In this document: one piece after another, positions 43,557-53,005 of the stretch
Numbering within the stretch: the first letter of the stretch is position 1
Layout of the letters: each line of letters opens with the position of its first letter
Origin: Lachnospiraceae bacterium
GTDB lineage: Bacteria > Bacillota > Clostridia > Lachnospirales > Lachnospiraceae
NCBI GenBank assembly: GCA_045600025.1
Contig: JAZRXC010000037.1
Location: 2,035-66,034, forward strand
Direction: 5' to 3'
DNA: 64,000 nucleotides
The notes under the pieces: model-generated
What the model saw: the letters and a program-made list of their open reading frames with translations, nothing else
The model's database searches: none
What the model was told of the DNA's origin: nothing
Position numbers and translations under genes: made by a program

Positions 43557-43587
43557 TTCAATTATGTGCCGCATAATAATATCAATT
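43538..43587 (+). repeat. tandem ~25-nt direct repeat carrying ATGTGCCGC(G/A)TAATAAT
   Basis: AAATGTGCCGCGTAATAATTTCAATT followed by ATGTGCCGCATAATAATATCAATT, immediately upstream of the -35 element at 43593. Confidence 0.6.
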
Positions 43588-43592
43588 AGTGC

Positions 43593-43621
43593 TTGCAATT
43601 TTTTCATATAGTTAGTACAAT
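43593..43621 (+). promoter_or_regulatory. candidate sigma-A promoter of the orphan MsmX-like ATPase gene
   Basis: TTGCAA, 17-nt spacer, TACAAT. It would give a ~175-nt leader before the ATG at 43804. Confidence 0.5.
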
Positions 43622-43803
43622 TAGTTTATATTAATATGCCCGTGATAGATCCACCAAGTCTACACGAGGGATAAAAGAAAAGGAGGAAAAATATCCGCAG
43701 GACTCGCGGTGCGGCAGCGTGGAGATGTGCCGTAATGCATTAGCCAAGCTCGGCTTTTGCGAGGTTGCAGATGAGGAGTCACTGCAATCAGAGTTAAGGA
43801 AAC

Positions 43804-44994
43804 ATGGCAGAAGTAAAATTAGTGAATCTGAAGAAGATCTACCCTCACGAATCTGCGAAAGACAAGAAGAAGAGAAGAAAGGCAAGAGGAATTGATCCCG
43901 CTGCTGAAAGAAAAGTAAATCTTCAGATTACAGAGGAAGGCGTAGTTGCAGTTCAGGAGTTCAACCTTGACATTGCAGACAAGGAATTCATCGTTCTTGT
44001 AGGCCCTTCAGGATGCGGAAAGTCCACCACACTTCGTATGGTAGCAGGACTTGAAGAGATTTCATCAGGTGAGCTGTATATCGACGGCAAGCTTGTAAAT
44101 GATGTTCCGCCCAAGGACAGAGACATTGCAATGGTATTCCAGAACTATGCTCTTTATCCTCACATGACAGTTTATGAAAATATGGCTTTCTCACTTAAGC
44201 TGAAGAAGGTTCCGAAGGACGAGATCGATAAGAAGGTACGTGAGGCTGCTGATATCCTCGATATCACTCAGTATCTCGATCGTAAGCCGAAGGCTCTGTC
44301 AGGCGGTCAGCGCCAGAGAGTTGCTATCGGACGTGCTATCGTTCGTAACCCCAAGATTCTTCTTATGGATGAGCCTCTTTCCAACCTGGACGCTAAGCTG
44401 CGTAACCAGATGAGAGCTGAGATTATCAAGCTTCGTGAGAAGATTAATACTACATTCGTATATGTTACACATGACCAGGTAGAGGCTATGACTCTCGGTG
44501 ACAGAATCGTTATCATGAAGGACGGCTTCATCCAGCAGATCGGCACTCCTCAGGAAGTATTTGCACATCCTTACAACCTGTTCGTAGCAGGATTCATCGG
44601 TTCACCTCAGATGAACTTCTTCGATGGCAAGCTTGAGAAGAAGGAAGACGGATACTATGTATCTACCTTCGGCGCATCATTCAAGCTTCCGGAAGACAAG
44701 CAGGAAGCCCTTAAGAATAAGGACAACATTCCTTCAGATGTAGTTCTCGGTGTAAGACCTGTTCATATCGTTCTTGCTGATGACGGTATCCCTGCTAAGC
44801 TTGATGTATCTGAGCTTATGGGCAGCGAGCTTCATCTGCATGTTAACACTGAAGGCAAGGACATCGTTATCGTAGTTCCTACTGCTGATATCGACGTTAA
44901 TGCAATTCACGGAACACATAAGGAAATCAAGTACTCATTCAGACCTGAACTTATCCATGTATTTGATAAGGAAACAGAGAAGAATCTGTTCTGA
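43804..44994 (+). CDS. orphan CUT1-type sugar ABC transporter ATPase (MsmX/MsmK/UgpC-like)
   Basis: 396 aa. Walker [31 protein letters not shown] and a C-terminal MalK-like regulatory domain. A lysine-rich insertion sits near the N-terminus. No adjacent permease or binding protein. Confidence 0.8.
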   Translation: MAEVKLVNLKKIYPHESAKDKKKRRKARGIDPAAERKVNLQITEEGVVAVQEFNLDIADKEFIVLVGPSGCGKSTTLRMVAGLEEISSGELYIDGKLVNDVPPKDRDIAMVFQNYALYPHMTVYENMAFSLKLKKVPKDEIDKKVREAADILDITQYLDRKPKALSGGQRQRVAIGRAIVRNPKILLMDEPLSNLDAKLRNQMRAEIIKLREKINTTFVYVTHDQVEAMTLGDRIVIMKDGFIQQIGTPQEVFAHPYNLFVAGFIGSPQMNFFDGKLEKKEDGYYVSTFGASFKLPEDKQEALKNKDNIPSDVVLGVRPVHIVLADDGIPAKLDVSELMGSELHLHVNTEGKDIVIVVPTADIDVNAIHGTHKEIKYSFRPELIHVFDKETEKNLF

Positions 44995-45012
44995 TAACAT
45001 TTATAACATTAA

Positions 45013-45037
45013 GGCCGTATGCAATTCGCATACGGCC
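45013..45037. terminator. terminator hairpin between convergent genes
   Basis: GGCCGTATGC-AATTC-GCATACGGCC. Confidence 0.65.
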
Positions 45038-45073
45038 TATTATTATGCGCAAATAATTTTATCTTAGAGGTAA

Positions 45074-45988
45074 TTAATCTCCCTCAATTGTTGCCAGTAT
45101 TATAATACCCATAATTACCAGAATTATAAATGCATACTGGCGGTGGGAGAGCCGTTCTTTTAAGAATATGCGTGACAGCACAACAGATACTACGCAGACT
45201 GAAGATATAACAGGTGCCGCAATTGCGCCGTTGCCGCTCATTGCGTAGACATAAGTAAATTGCCCTGCAGTTTCGCATACTGCAGCGATGCATTTATCTT
45301 TCTGCTTCGGAAGATTAAACGGCACTTTCTTAATCTTCATGAAAATGAAAAGAATTAACGCGCATGCCGCAAATGTAAGCTCGTAGGAAGTATTTGCCAC
45401 GGCTTCTATGGTTTCTTCAGTAACTCCGATAAGAGGCGTAAGCGCCGGATCATCGAGATAGAACACATCCAGGAAGCTGCCGAAGGCGTCAAGCAGTGCG
45501 TAGGCAAATGGCATTGCAAAGGCGATAATCGCCAGCTTTTTGCCGAGCCTTTTTTCGCGCCCGGATTCGCCGCGATGTTCAAGCACGCAGGTTCCGACAA
45601 TTCCGATTACGATTAAACCGATTGCGAAAGCAGAAGGAAGCGAAATTGTCTTGCCCAGTATAACCACGCACAAGATAGAGCATATTGCACCCGAGGTATT
45701 TTCAAGCGGATCGGATATGGACTCCTCTACAAATCTCATTCCGAAAAATGAAAGCGCCATTGAGATGATATAGAGCAAAGAAACCGGGAGATACCTGAGC
45801 AGGTTTTCAAATGAATACGAAATATCCTGAGTCAGCAGCGTGGAAAGCGCGTGAATGCCCATGACCGCTCCGACCAGGATGCAGGTCTTAAGGTGCGCAT
45901 ACTTTTCGGAAGGGTCGGCGCCTTTTTTGTAAAAAAGCTCAGCCAGCCCCCATAGAAGCGTTGTTAAAACCGCACAAGAAAACCACAT
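45074..45988 (-). CDS. DMT/EamA-family transporter
   Basis: 304 aa with about 10 TM helices in two EamA-like halves. Confidence 0.6.
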   Translation of the reverse strand: MWFSCAVLTTLLWGLAELFYKKGADPSEKYAHLKTCILVGAVMGIHALSTLLTQDISYSFENLLRYLPVSLLYIISMALSFFGMRFVEESISDPLENTSGAICSILCVVILGKTISLPSAFAIGLIVIGIVGTCVLEHRGESGREKRLGKKLAIIAFAMPFAYALLDAFGSFLDVFYLDDPALTPLIGVTEETIEAVANTSYELTFAACALILFIFMKIKKVPFNLPKQKDKCIAAVCETAGQFTYVYAMSGNGAIAAPVISSVCVVSVVLSRIFLKERLSHRQYAFIILVIMGIIILATIEGD

Positions 45989-46147
45989 ACAAAACTCTCC
46001 TTATAGTAATACTATTTTCAATCAATACCATGATATTTGTCAAGAGATATCATGTATATTATTACTTAACCTAAGGGATGGATGATATTACCATTTTTTA
46101 TGCATTTGCCGGATTTGTATGATATAATCATCTAAAAGGAGATTATT

Positions 46148-46825
46148 ATGTTCTGGGATTCAACTTACATATTGGTATTAATCGGCGCTGCCCTCAGCAT
46201 GCTTGCTTCCGCAGCTGTAAATTCCGCATTCAATAAATACAATAAAGTCAGGAGCGCGAAGGGCTTTACTTCAAATGAAGTTGCTCAAAAGATGCTTGAG
46301 ATGGCGGGCATTACCGATGTGCGCATCGAGCATGTATCCGGCAACCTTACGGACCATTATTCGCCGAACGAAAAAGTTCTACGCCTGTCTGACAGCGTGT
46401 ATAATTCAACCTCCGTTGCTGCGATAGGAGTAGCGGCGCATGAGTGCGGACACGCGATTCAGCATAAGCAAGGCTACGGCCCGCTGAAGCTCCGCAGCCT
46501 GTCAGTTCCTGTGGCAAATATCGGCTCCAAGCTTTCATGGCCGATACTGATTATAGGTCTGTTATTCGGTTTACCTAAGATAGCTCAGATCGGTGTAGTA
46601 CTCTTTGTATTTGTAGTTCTGTTTCAGCTTATAACTTTGCCGGTCGAGTTTAACGCCTCCCGCAGGGCACTCAAGATATTGGACGAGAAACATTTGCTTT
46701 ATGCGGAAGATATGCAAGGAGCGCGCAAGGTGCTTAGAGCCGCAGCCATGACTTATGTGGCGGCGCTCGCATCAGCGATTCTTCAGCTTCTGCGTCTGGT
46801 ACTTTTGGTTAACCGCCGCAGATAA
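46148..46825 (+). CDS. membrane zinc metallopeptidase (YugP-like, Zn_peptidase_2)
   Basis: 225 aa. HEXXH motif AAHECGHAIQH. N- and C-terminal TM segments as in the YugP family. Confidence 0.7.
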   Translation: MFWDSTYILVLIGAALSMLASAAVNSAFNKYNKVRSAKGFTSNEVAQKMLEMAGITDVRIEHVSGNLTDHYSPNEKVLRLSDSVYNSTSVAAIGVAAHECGHAIQHKQGYGPLKLRSLSVPVANIGSKLSWPILIIGLLFGLPKIAQIGVVLFVFVVLFQLITLPVEFNASRRALKILDEKHLLYAEDMQGARKVLRAAAMTYVAALASAILQLLRLVLLVNRRR

Positions 46826-46836
46826 GAGGACAGATA

Positions 46837-48249
46837 ATGACCTTAGAAGAATATGAATTGAAGAGAGAAGAACTGATATCCGCAAATAAAAACCTGCTGG
46901 GGCTTGTCCTCCGCGAGGATGAAGAGCGGCTTGATCAGTATCTCTCTCAGATAAAAGCAGAATACATTAAAGAATGCGGAGGAAAAGTTCCGTATGATAT
47001 TCCCACGCTATCGGACAAGAAATTAATTTCTTCGCGGCTCTATGAATTCTGCTCACGGCTTCCTAAAGGCGCAGATCTTCATGTACATGATATGTCGCTT
47101 CTTCCTGCGTGCGAGCTGATAAAGCTTCTTAAAAACCGCCCTGAGATGTGCATAAATGCAGACCGAAAAAATTATGATTTGCAGGTCGTTGCCGAAGGCG
47201 AGGCCGTACCCGATGGGTATATGCGCTTTTTTGAGGCTATGAACAGCGGCTATTACTCCGAAGATGAAATCATATATAACTGGACCGTACTGAGCGGAGA
47301 GGGTTATGAAGGCGGCATCTGGGCGTATTTTGAAGAGCTGTTCAACCGTCACGCATGCCTGTCGAGCAACCCTTCATTTGCCGCAGAATATTATGATTAC
47401 ACATTCAGGTATTATTGCCGCAAGGGCATAATGCATGTTGAGATTCACCTCATGCTGACAGACAGCATTGATGAGAGCGCCGACTATCTGAAGGTCATTC
47501 GCAAGGCATACTATGACGTTAAGAAAGACTATCCGTATTTTACCGTGCGCGTAATCGGCGCAGGAGTGAAGGCGGACAGCGAGGATATTGCATTTACCAA
47601 GAAATGTTTCCTGAATACCGCATACGTGCAGGAGATGATTAAGGATGAGAGTGATCCGACGCGTCCGGTTGATTTTGTTATCGGATTTGATCTTGTGAAT
47701 GAAGAAGACACCAGCCTGCCGCTTTCGGCATTTGTCCCGATGCTTCTTGCCGTCAGAAGGCAGTTCCCGTCAATGAATCTTTATATCCACTGCGGAGAGA
47801 GCCTTGCGGCTACAAATGAGAATCTTATCGATGCGTATCTGCTTGGGGTTTCACGTGTGGGTCACGGACTGAATCTGTACCGCTTTCCGGATCTTCATGA
47901 GCGTTATGTAAAGGCGGAGATTTGCCTTGAAGTGTGCCCCATCAGTAATCAGGCACTCGGTTACACCAGGGACATCCGCAATCATCCTGCGACGGAGTAC
48001 TTGAAGTCGGGCGCGTCCATAGAGCTTTCCTCGGATGACCCCGCTTATATGGAACATGAGACGCTCACAGATGACTTTTTTGCAGCGGTTATCGGTTGGG
48101 ATTTGTCGCTTGCTGATGTGAAGCAACTCGGCATTAATTCGATAGTTTACAGTGGACTCGATGAAGTATCAAAGGCAAATTCGCTGAAGGCCTATAATAA
48201 ATTGTGGAATGATTTCGTAGAAGAAATGCTTAAAGAAACAGACGCCTGA
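46837..48249 (+). CDS. adenosine deaminase, ADA2/ADGF (CECR1)-like subfamily
   Basis: 470 aa. GADLHVHD, GFDLVNEED, HCGES, RVGHG, EVCPISNQALG, NHPA and SSDDPA blocks are collinear with ADGF-type deaminases. No signal peptide seen. Confidence 0.7.
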   Translation: MTLEEYELKREELISANKNLLGLVLREDEERLDQYLSQIKAEYIKECGGKVPYDIPTLSDKKLISSRLYEFCSRLPKGADLHVHDMSLLPACELIKLLKNRPEMCINADRKNYDLQVVAEGEAVPDGYMRFFEAMNSGYYSEDEIIYNWTVLSGEGYEGGIWAYFEELFNRHACLSSNPSFAAEYYDYTFRYYCRKGIMHVEIHLMLTDSIDESADYLKVIRKAYYDVKKDYPYFTVRVIGAGVKADSEDIAFTKKCFLNTAYVQEMIKDESDPTRPVDFVIGFDLVNEEDTSLPLSAFVPMLLAVRRQFPSMNLYIHCGESLAATNENLIDAYLLGVSRVGHGLNLYRFPDLHERYVKAEICLEVCPISNQALGYTRDIRNHPATEYLKSGASIELSSDDPAYMEHETLTDDFFAAVIGWDLSLADVKQLGINSIVYSGLDEVSKANSLKAYNKLWNDFVEEMLKETDA

Positions 48250-48262
48250 GCGCCTGTTTTTT
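48238..48262 (+). terminator. rho-independent terminator overlapping the deaminase stop codon
   Basis: ACAGACGC-CTGA-GCGCCTGT (one mismatch) followed by TTTTT. Confidence 0.6.
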
Positions 48263-48268
48263 ATTGGA

Positions 48269-48844
48269 TTATTTCCGGCCACTTACCACGTACATCTTAT
48301 CATTATCAATCGTGGTATCTACTTGCAAATATTCTGAAAGCTGCGCTGCGAGCTCGACTGCCGGCAAAAGCTCATGCGAGACACTTAAGACATTTTTATG
48401 ACATGCATTAATTACATCGCGCGACGTACCGTGCGCGATTGTGAGCCTGCCGCCGGGCACCAGATGCTTGCACAAATTCGCAAATAAGTCTGCAGGACTC
48501 GCAAAATGCGGAAAACAGTTATATAAGATGATGCGGTCAAAGCATTTTTCGAAATGATATATTTCGGCATCGGCGCATATCAGTGTAATGCCTGAGTCAG
48601 GATATTTTGCTTCTGCGATTTTAATCATTTCGGATGAGATATCGATTCCGCAGATAGTTACCTCGTATTTTTGAAAATACGGGAACAGCACACCGGTTCC
48701 GCATCCGACATCGAGCACGGACATATCGCATGAAAGATCAAGGCTCCCTATGATAGAAGAGAGCACATCCTTTGACTGCACATTTGTATCGTCCCATGTA
48801 GGCGCAAGTTTATTAAAAAAATCAGCAACTTCATGTGTCTGCAT
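48269..48844 (-). CDS. class I SAM-dependent methyltransferase
   Basis: 191 aa. Motif I VLDVGCGTG. Confidence 0.7.
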   Translation of the reverse strand: MQTHEVADFFNKLAPTWDDTNVQSKDVLSSIIGSLDLSCDMSVLDVGCGTGVLFPYFQKYEVTICGIDISSEMIKIAEAKYPDSGITLICADAEIYHFEKCFDRIILYNCFPHFASPADLFANLCKHLVPGGRLTIAHGTSRDVINACHKNVLSVSHELLPAVELAAQLSEYLQVDTTIDNDKMYVVSGRK

Positions 48845-48945
48845 ATTTACATTTTACTTTATTTTCAATAAAAAGACAAACCCGCCTATAGCATATTTGT
48901 CAAATCAGTGATATTATTTTTAAAATACTATTTTTCGGAGCTAAT

Positions 48946-49830
48946 ATGAAGCGCGGAAACTTTCTGCTAAAATATCTTATCGCCATTGTTCTGTACGGCT
49001 GCAACGGACTTTTAGTCAATTATATAGATGCATCTTCCGAGTATATTGCAATGTCGCGTGGCCTTATAGGTTTTGCGGTTATTGTATTGTCATTTTTTAT
49101 CCGCGGACGCAAAATCCAGTTTGATTCTATCAGGAAAAATTTCCCCTTGCTGGTTTTATCCGGTATTGCGCTTGGGCTGAACTGGGCACTGCTTTTCAAT
49201 GGATTCAAGATAGCCGTGTCAATCGCTACGCTGTGCAACTACCTTGCGCCGATTATCCTTATTATTATTTCCCCAATAGTTTTCAAAGACAAAATCACAC
49301 CCAGGCAGATGATATGTGTTGGCATATCATTGGCAGGTCTTCTTCTGATATCCGGAGTGCTGGAAGCTGACGGAGCGGCTTCGCTTGAAGCTGCAGGCTA
49401 CGGCCTTGGTGCTGCCGGCTGTTTTGTAATCATGGTTATTTTCAACCGCAAGATGAAAGATATCAAGCCCATGGAGAAATCGGCGGTTCAGCTTCTTTCA
49501 GCAGCAATTACCATGATACCTTTTGTTGCTGCGAAGGGCGGCTTCCCGCAACAGCTTGACAGACGTTCGCTCATATGTCTGCTCATTATCGGTGCAGTTT
49601 CGACAGGCTTTGCATATATTCTCTACTTCGATGCGCTGACGCATATTACATTTGAGCAGATTGCGGTATACGGATATCTTGAGCCGGTTATAGGCATTAT
49701 CACATCCTGCATTTTCCTCGGCGAAGAGCTTTCCGTTTTATCAACAATCGGAGCAATACTGATTATCGCCGTCGCATTTGAACCTTTAATCGGAAAGAAG
49801 CAAAAAGTCGAAGACAACAACGAAATGTAA
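48946..49830 (+). CDS. DMT/EamA-family transporter
   Basis: 294 aa with about 10 TM helices. Confidence 0.6.
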   Translation: MKRGNFLLKYLIAIVLYGCNGLLVNYIDASSEYIAMSRGLIGFAVIVLSFFIRGRKIQFDSIRKNFPLLVLSGIALGLNWALLFNGFKIAVSIATLCNYLAPIILIIISPIVFKDKITPRQMICVGISLAGLLLISGVLEADGAASLEAAGYGLGAAGCFVIMVIFNRKMKDIKPMEKSAVQLLSAAITMIPFVAAKGGFPQQLDRRSLICLLIIGAVSTGFAYILYFDALTHITFEQIAVYGYLEPVIGIITSCIFLGEELSVLSTIGAILIIAVAFEPLIGKKQKVEDNNEM

Positions 49831-49934
49831 ATATCTATGTGTATTTGTTAAAGTATTGACATTTTTGTAAAAATATGTGACAATATAACAGCCTATCAGA
49901 GGGATAGACTGTTATATTTTTTGGAGGTATTTTT

Positions 49935-52931
49935 ATGAAAATGCACAAGAGAGTGATTGCGCTGCTGCTTGCAGTGTGCATGGTTCTGCCGACATGTGTT
50001 ACCGCACTGGCTGAAGAGAAGACTCTCAACTATGTTGCGCTCGGTGACTCCATGTCTCAGGGTTACATGTTCCTTGATTACAATGAAGACCCGTTACAAG
50101 GCCATTTCTGCGGTTGGAAAGGATCATCTGAGTATTCCTACATTAAAAAGTTTGCAAATTATTTACAGGCCGGCTTTAACGGAAAGGTTAATTTCAATGA
50201 TCTTACCATACAGGGCCTGCAGCCTGATGAAGTATACGCTTTTCTTAAGCCGGAGACTTTTGACTTCGACAGTATGACCAGGGGCGCCCGCAAGCATATC
50301 GGCTGGTGGACAAAAGAGTATGATACTGACGAAGAACAGAGCCCGGACATATACCTGTTTGATACATTTGCCGATATGAGCGATTACTACATCGATGCCA
50401 TAAAAAATGCCGATGTAATTACTTTTGATATCGGAGAGAACTATTTCGGTACCTGGCTGTCAGATCTTCATGATGAAAATGAAGAATACACCGATCTGAT
50501 GAAGAGCAGCGCATATTATGATGAAATTATATCACTTCGTTCAATTTTAAATACATCTGCTTATTTATTAGGCATGGATAATTCCACCATAGAACACTTC
50601 TTATATGCATGCCTGTCATACATGGCTTACAGCGATAGTTGCATAGCGGCTATCAAGGAGCTCAATCCCGATGTGCAGATAATTCTTCTTCCGCTCATTA
50701 ATCCTCACAAAGAAATGTATGTTACCATCGGCGGCATCAAGATTTGCTATTCAGACCTGCTTGATGATTTGATGGATTATCTGAACAACTATATGGCAAA
50801 GAAGAGTCCTTGCCGTAATATGTACACAATTGCTGAATACGACGGAGATGTAACTTCATTTGCTGATGAGCTGTATTTCTATCCCGATGATTTAAGCGCT
50901 GACGCTGAAGCTCTGATTGACAGTTCACTCCTCGGAATGGGCGGACTGCTCGGAGTGGAGTATCCCAAGCTTCCTGCAGGTTTTGCAGAGTTTAGAGAAT
51001 ACGCTGCTGCTACATACGGAGTGGCGGCATTGGATTATTTCTTCGATATGTTTTTACTGATAGCGCCTGACGAACAAGGGAACAGGATAGTTGACGAAGA
51101 CGGCAACTACCTGACGATGCTTAGCGTCTTTGACAAGCTGGTATATGAGTACATAGAAGAAAGATATGGTTCGGAACGCGCATATAACGATTTCTACGGA
51201 GCAAATTATCTTGAGTCCGTTGAAGCGTTTTTCTTAGAGATGTGGAATCCACCTGCAACTTTCTTTGGCGATTGCGACAGCTTACTTGACGAGAGCATAT
51301 TGACTTATGGTATGCCTTGGCTTGAAATCAATAGCGATGTACTTGCAAATGCTCGCCAGGCTGAAGCTGCAGGTACGGCTAAGCAGTATCAGCTCGACAT
51401 TCTTGAAGCAGCAGATTCATTCATCGGCGGTTGGAAAGACACCTGCCTGAAAGCCGCAACATATCGTACAACCTCTCTTGACCTTTTACTTAATATACAA
51501 GAAGGGTTTGGATATGAAGATTTGATACGTGTGATTACTGACCCGGAGAACGCTACTGATGAAGACTATACAGCACTGCATATGGCACTTCGTATGGGCA
51601 ATGCAGCTCGTGGCTTCGGTGCGCATCCTTGCCCTCGCGGACTTGATGTGAAGTACAGAGCAGTTGTTGAAGCTTTCGACGAAAATATTCGCGAAAAGAT
51701 TGACGGTATGATGAATGCCATTACAGTTCATTATGTATACTCAGACGGAACGGAAGCTTACGAGGATTATACCGACAAAGTTGAGATCGGCAGCAAATAT
51801 AATATCAAATCCCCTGAAATTACAGGTTACACACCGGATACAGATGCAGTTGCCGGTGTAATGGGCAAAAACAATGTTGAAGCAACTGTAACATATAAGA
51901 ATGTTGAGGAAGGCGAATGCGTTGTTTCTCAGAAGGTTGATCTGACAGAAGGTAAACTTAATCTCTTCCTGAACGGAAAAGATATGGGAGAGTTTACATT
52001 TGCAAAAGACGGCGAATACTGGACGATTAAAGATTCAAATGGCCAGTATCTGTGGTCTTCAGGCAGTTCACTTTCACGTCGCAACACCGCCTGCGACTGG
52101 AGATATAATAATGGTTGCTTCAGCATAAGCGTAAGAAACAGCGGCTTCTGGCTGTTCGGACGTATAACAACTTATTACCTGACCTGCAGCAACAATAAGC
52201 TTACGATGTCTACATCTAAGACAAATGCGACCGCGGAGTTCTATCAGATGTCAGAAGGCGGATCACATGAAGCGGCAGCTTCTGTGATTGAAAATGAGCA
52301 GGCGGAAACCTGCAGCAGCTATGGTTCATATGATGAAGTAATCTATTGCGAGAAATGCGGTGAAGAGCTTGTGCGCACTCATCACATCACTGAGCCGACC
52401 GGTGCGCATGTTCACGGAACACCTGTTACCGAGAATGAAAAGGCTGCAACCTGTACCGTGGGCGGTTCATATGATGAAGCAGTTTACTGCGATACCTGCG
52501 GAATTGAATTAGTGCGTACACACAATACAACAGAGCCTACCGGACATACGCCGGGAGAAGCTAAGATTGAGACAATCGACGGAGTAAAGAAGCTTGTTAC
52601 ACGCTGCACTAAATGCGGAGATATACGTAGCATCGAAGACGCTCCCGAAGGCGAAATCACTGCGAAGGTAAATGTTGAGACGAGCACCTCCAGATTCCTG
52701 TTCTTCTTTACCACTACTACTTATAAGGTAAGTATTGCAGCAGAGAGCAGTATTCCCAGAGTTACAATCTCAAATGTTCAGTATTCTACAAACGGAGTCA
52801 GATGGACAAACGGCAGCAATTATTCAACATCCACCAGACCCGGCACAATCTATGTTCGCGTGAGTGATAGCTCAGGGGCAACAACATACTTTATGTATAA
52901 TTACTCCACCGGTAAAATTTCAGAGTATTAA
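49935..52931 (+). CDS. large secreted multidomain protein: SGNH/GDSL-like hydrolase region, MucBP-like domain, Cys-motif repeats
   Basis: 998 aa. Signal peptide MKMHKRVIALLLAVCMVLPTCVTALA. GDS block YVALGDSMSQGY. MucBP-like ITVHYVYSDGTEAYEDYTDKVEIGSKYNIKSPEITGYTP. Two full and one partial CxxxGxYxxxxYCxxCGxELVRTHxxTEPTGH repeats. No LPXTG or SLH anchor seen. Confidence 0.7.
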   Translation: MKMHKRVIALLLAVCMVLPTCVTALAEEKTLNYVALGDSMSQGYMFLDYNEDPLQGHFCGWKGSSEYSYIKKFANYLQAGFNGKVNFNDLTIQGLQPDEVYAFLKPETFDFDSMTRGARKHIGWWTKEYDTDEEQSPDIYLFDTFADMSDYYIDAIKNADVITFDIGENYFGTWLSDLHDENEEYTDLMKSSAYYDEIISLRSILNTSAYLLGMDNSTIEHFLYACLSYMAYSDSCIAAIKELNPDVQIILLPLINPHKEMYVTIGGIKICYSDLLDDLMDYLNNYMAKKSPCRNMYTIAEYDGDVTSFADELYFYPDDLSADAEALIDSSLLGMGGLLGVEYPKLPAGFAEFREYAAATYGVAALDYFFDMFLLIAPDEQGNRIVDEDGNYLTMLSVFDKLVYEYIEERYGSERAYNDFYGANYLESVEAFFLEMWNPPATFFGDCDSLLDESILTYGMPWLEINSDVLANARQAEAAGTAKQYQLDILEAADSFIGGWKDTCLKAATYRTTSLDLLLNIQEGFGYEDLIRVITDPENATDEDYTALHMALRMGNAARGFGAHPCPRGLDVKYRAVVEAFDENIREKIDGMMNAITVHYVYSDGTEAYEDYTDKVEIGSKYNIKSPEITGYTPDTDAVAGVMGKNNVEATVTYKNVEEGECVVSQKVDLTEGKLNLFLNGKDMGEFTFAKDGEYWTIKDSNGQYLWSSGSSLSRRNTACDWRYNNGCFSISVRNSGFWLFGRITTYYLTCSNNKLTMSTSKTNATAEFYQMSEGGSHEAAASVIENEQAETCSSYGSYDEVIYCEKCGEELVRTHHITEPTGAHVHGTPVTENEKAATCTVGGSYDEAVYCDTCGIELVRTHNTTEPTGHTPGEAKIETIDGVKKLVTRCTKCGDIRSIEDAPEGEITAKVNVETSTSRFLFFFTTTTYKVSIAAESSIPRVTISNVQYSTNGVRWTNGSNYSTSTRPGTIYVRVSDSSGATTYFMYNYSTGKISEY

Positions 52932-52950
52932 TTATATAAAATAATCAGTT

Positions 52951-52980
52951 AGGCCGTGCAACTTGCACGGCCTTATTTGT
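52951..52980. terminator. terminator hairpin after the 998-aa gene
   Basis: AGGCCGTGCA-ACT-TGCACGGCCT followed by TATTTGTT. Confidence 0.65.
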
Positions 52981-53005
52981 TACAGAAAAGTTTTATTATT
53001 TCGGA

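Noticed and set aside
43631-43885. 84-aa minus-strand ORF overlapping the start of the MsmX-like gene
   Set aside because: Ser-rich low-complexity product. It overlaps the plus-strand promoter, leader and start codon. No RBS.
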